Part shown: one piece after another, positions 61,036 through 64,000 of the stretch | Position numbering within the stretch: position 1 is the stretch's first letter | How the letters are laid out: every line of letters begins with the position of its first letter | NCBI RefSeq assembly: GCF_018977255.1 | Contig: NW_024704742.1 | Span: 78,866,001 to 78,930,000, forward strand | Direction: 5' to 3' | Origin: Callorhinchus milii | Lineage: Eukaryota | DNA length: 64,000 nucleotides | Notes under the pieces: generated by a model | Told to the model about the DNA's origin: nothing | Databases searched by the model: none | Seen by the model: the letters and a program-made list of their open reading frames with translations, nothing else | Translations under genes and position numbers: made by a program

Positions 61036-63787
61036 TAATGATTATTATTATACTGCAGAAAGTGTGTATACTCATTTCAACCCTGAATGATTATAAACAA
61101 ATAATAAATCAAAGTCGATAGTGCTGACTTTACCAGAGTGCTTATGGCCTGGTCTTACGATAATTTATAAGTCCATCAGGAAATGCAAGAAAACTAGAAA
61201 TTACAGGATGAGTAATATCCATCCCTCCACATCAGCTAACTCTAAAGACTAACCATTGCGTCAAATTTACATTGGAATTTGTGAACTAGTGTAAAAATCA
61301 CTGACATCAAAAAGCAAAGGATGAGGGAGGATAGATCAATATCTGATAAATTGGATTTCAAACCAATCTAAAACATTTTTCCGGCAATCTGTGAAAGCTA
61401 TCATACTTTATGGTTTTCATATTGTCTAGAACTGTGAATTCACTCAGTTACAATCGACATTGAAAACATGGAATAGGGAGAGAAATGCAGTATGTGATTT
61501 TATGATTATCACTGGCAATAATTATCAGAAAGAAAGAACTTTACAATAATAATTATTGCATTTTATATTGCACCTTATCACATTGCCAAGATATTTCAAA
61601 GCTTTACAGGACATAGGACAGTGTCCTTTATAGGACAGTGTAGTGACTGTATATTTTGTGGGCGAATGTGTCAGCTAATTCACACACAGTAATGACCCAC
61701 AGCCATGGAGTGAGTGACTAATTTTATTTGGGGAATTGTTGGTCAGGACACCAGTGAAAACTCTTCTTTTTGAATCGTGCCATGGGATCTTTAACATCCC
61801 TCTCACAGGCAGATGGGATGTTGATTTAACATTTCATCCGAAGTATGGCATCTCTAACAATACAGCACATCCCCAGGACTACATTTGAGTGTCAGCCTAG
61901 ACTATATGGTTTCCTGGCCGAGGATCGAATTGACTACATGGGGCTTGAATCCACACCTTCTGACTCAGAGCAAGAGTGCTTCTAACTGAGCCAGGTTGAC
62001 ACACAAACTAGTTCATTTAAAGTCAGAAGTATCCAAGAACTCAGAAGTAATGATTGTGCAGTGTAGTGACTGTTTTGTTTTACAATGTTTTGTAAGCCAA
62101 AGAATATGCACTCATATTGATGACTGTTCTTTACAATTACAATACTACTTATCAAATATTATTTAGCTGCTGCACTCTTCAGTTACTGATTCACGGGAAG
62201 ACTAGAGGCCAGTGGGATTCTATTGTAGAAGAGGCAAACTTTGAGTGATTTCTCCCTTCCTGCTTTAATTAACTTATTAATATTTTGAAATGAAGGAGAA
62301 AGCCAACCTTTAACTGAAATTGGGAGATAGTAGGGAAAACAAGCTTTAACCTCTGCAGCCTCTACTGGTTATGTGTGTGTTTGGCAGCCGGGTGAGGAGA
62401 GGTTGGGCTCAGCTGCGATGAATAATAGTCACGGTGAGGGGATGGCGTGGAGGGGAGGAATTGGTGCACAAACAGCTCCTCATGGAAATCGCACCCTAGA
62501 GAGGCTGGGGACCAGAAGCGGAGGCATAGGCCAGTAGGGAGAAGAATTACAAAAAAGGACACAAATTATTTAAAAATGGGGATAAAAGGTTTGGTAAATT
62601 GAATTGCTGCATTAGCTTATAATGTTGACACCAAAATTTATTATACCAAGATTTTGAAAAGATGTATAGTTTCAATCCCCACTCCCTCCCCTTACTTTCT
62701 GATTTCTTCTGATAAAGTATTTCAATAACACCCATATATTTGGCACAGAATGCTAACTCTACAGATTTTTACAGAATCTATTGACAGAATAGATGTTTAT
62801 GAAAGTGAGTGAGATCAAAGCAACACTGCAGCCTTGCATGCTAATTTACTGTAACAGCAACCCAGGGTTTGTTTGAGCAAGGTTTCATGTTGGCACAAGC
62901 ATATTCTTTTAAAATGACAGTGACAGAGAAGCAGTTTGGTTGCAATTAGTTTTCAGTCTTGAGAGAAGGTATCTCAGAGGGGATCTTATAGAGTGTAAAC
63001 AAAGTTTAAATGCAATTAATAAAGTAACAATACTTTGAGATGCACCAAGACAGTAGATCAAGGGGGCACACTAAATGTTCTGTTCCCAAATTGTCCTTTT
63101 ACAAAAATGGGGGAAAAGGGTTAATTGAATTACTGCATCAGTTTACAATCTTGGCATTGAATCTGATGCAATCAAAGTTTTGAAAAGATGTATGGTTTAA
63201 ATCCCCTCTCTCCCTCTCCCCTTTCCTCATTCCTTCTGATGAAGGATTTCAATAACACCAAATACTTTGTACAGAATGCTAACTACTGTTTTTAATAGAT
63301 AGAATAGGGCAATTTGAGGACAGAAAGCAGGTTTGCTTTTACTCAGAGGGTAATGAGTGCTGCTCTTTATTTGCTCTACTCTCAATATCCTTTTTTGCCT
63401 TCTAATTCTAATATAAATGTCCAGTAATTCCTTAGGGAGCCATAAAGGATGAATCTCCCTTCAAATACTTACAACAGTTCCATCACACTTGGCATTTCTA
63501 ACTTTGCCTGTAACTTCAATAGAATCATAAATTAATACCAAAGGAAATGGCTTTGATTCAGATCGCATTTAATCTTATTCAATGCAAAACAGTCTAAACC
63601 CTTCAGAGTGACAAAATTACTCAAAGTATAATTGTAGATTGCTTCATGGTAATCAAAAATAATAGCAAAACATCAACAGATTGAACAGAACTGAAGTATA
63701 TCACTGATTTACTCTAAGATCTCAGTCTTGATTTATTTCTGGTCAACCACACATCGAAATCCATCACTATGCATAAGAGTAACTAAC

Positions 63788-64000
63788 AATAATAATCCTT
63801 ACAGTTGATATAGTGCTTTATCATTTCAATGAAATACCTCAAAGCGCTTCACAGAATTCACTATAAAGTGAATTGACAGCATATTTTGTGGATGAAATGC
63901 GGCAATCAATTGTGCACAGCAGTGCCCCACAAACAGTTGTGGATTGAGTGACCAAATTATTATTTTTCTTGAGGGTTAATTACTCCCCGGAAAGCGATTG
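63788..64000 (-). mobile_element. SINE (longer subfamily), runs off the window end
   Basis: Reverse complement of the SINE tail and Deu block. Similar partial copies at 1-180(+), 3037-3215(-), 4095-4245(+), 8690-8880(-), 57740-57920(-) and 58268-58385(-). Confidence 0.8.

Noticed and set aside
63473..63507. Short minus-strand candidate upstream exon with a gtaagt donor
   Set aside because: Only 35 nt, no convincing coiled-coil peptide, and no support for joining the 54849 exon.

Overview
Repeat-dense vertebrate nuclear DNA, not prokaryotic. The repeat complement (young tRNA-Ala/Deu-type SINE, L2 and CR1 LINEs, a Penelope-type palindrome) points to a cartilaginous fish, probably a chimaera; this is inferred from remembered repeat families, not from a search. 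The window lies inside one large minus-strand gene. By hand I found five GT-AG exons with mutually compatible phases (54707-54849, 32833-33007, 23627-23759, 22443-22590, 18284-18446). Spliced together they encode the end of a coiled coil plus a complete laminin G (LG1-like) module of a laminin alpha-type chain. It looks LAMA1/2-like but clearly divergent; three of the five exons are absent from the ORF track. The introns hold one intact 1086-1089 aa L2 ORF2 nested in an older L2, many truncated L2/CR1 copies, about 30 SINE copies, a decayed Gypsy element with its 3' LTR and a hAT MITE with an 8-bp TSD. They also hold a Penelope-like palindrome with decayed hammerhead cores, a decayed TRIM B30.2/SPRY fragment, an unclassified 5-copy repeat, and several unexplained inverted and direct duplications. 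I saw no CRISPR arrays, operons or true tRNA/rRNA genes. Repeat boundaries are approximate (about +/-20 bp); exon boundaries are base-exact as read.
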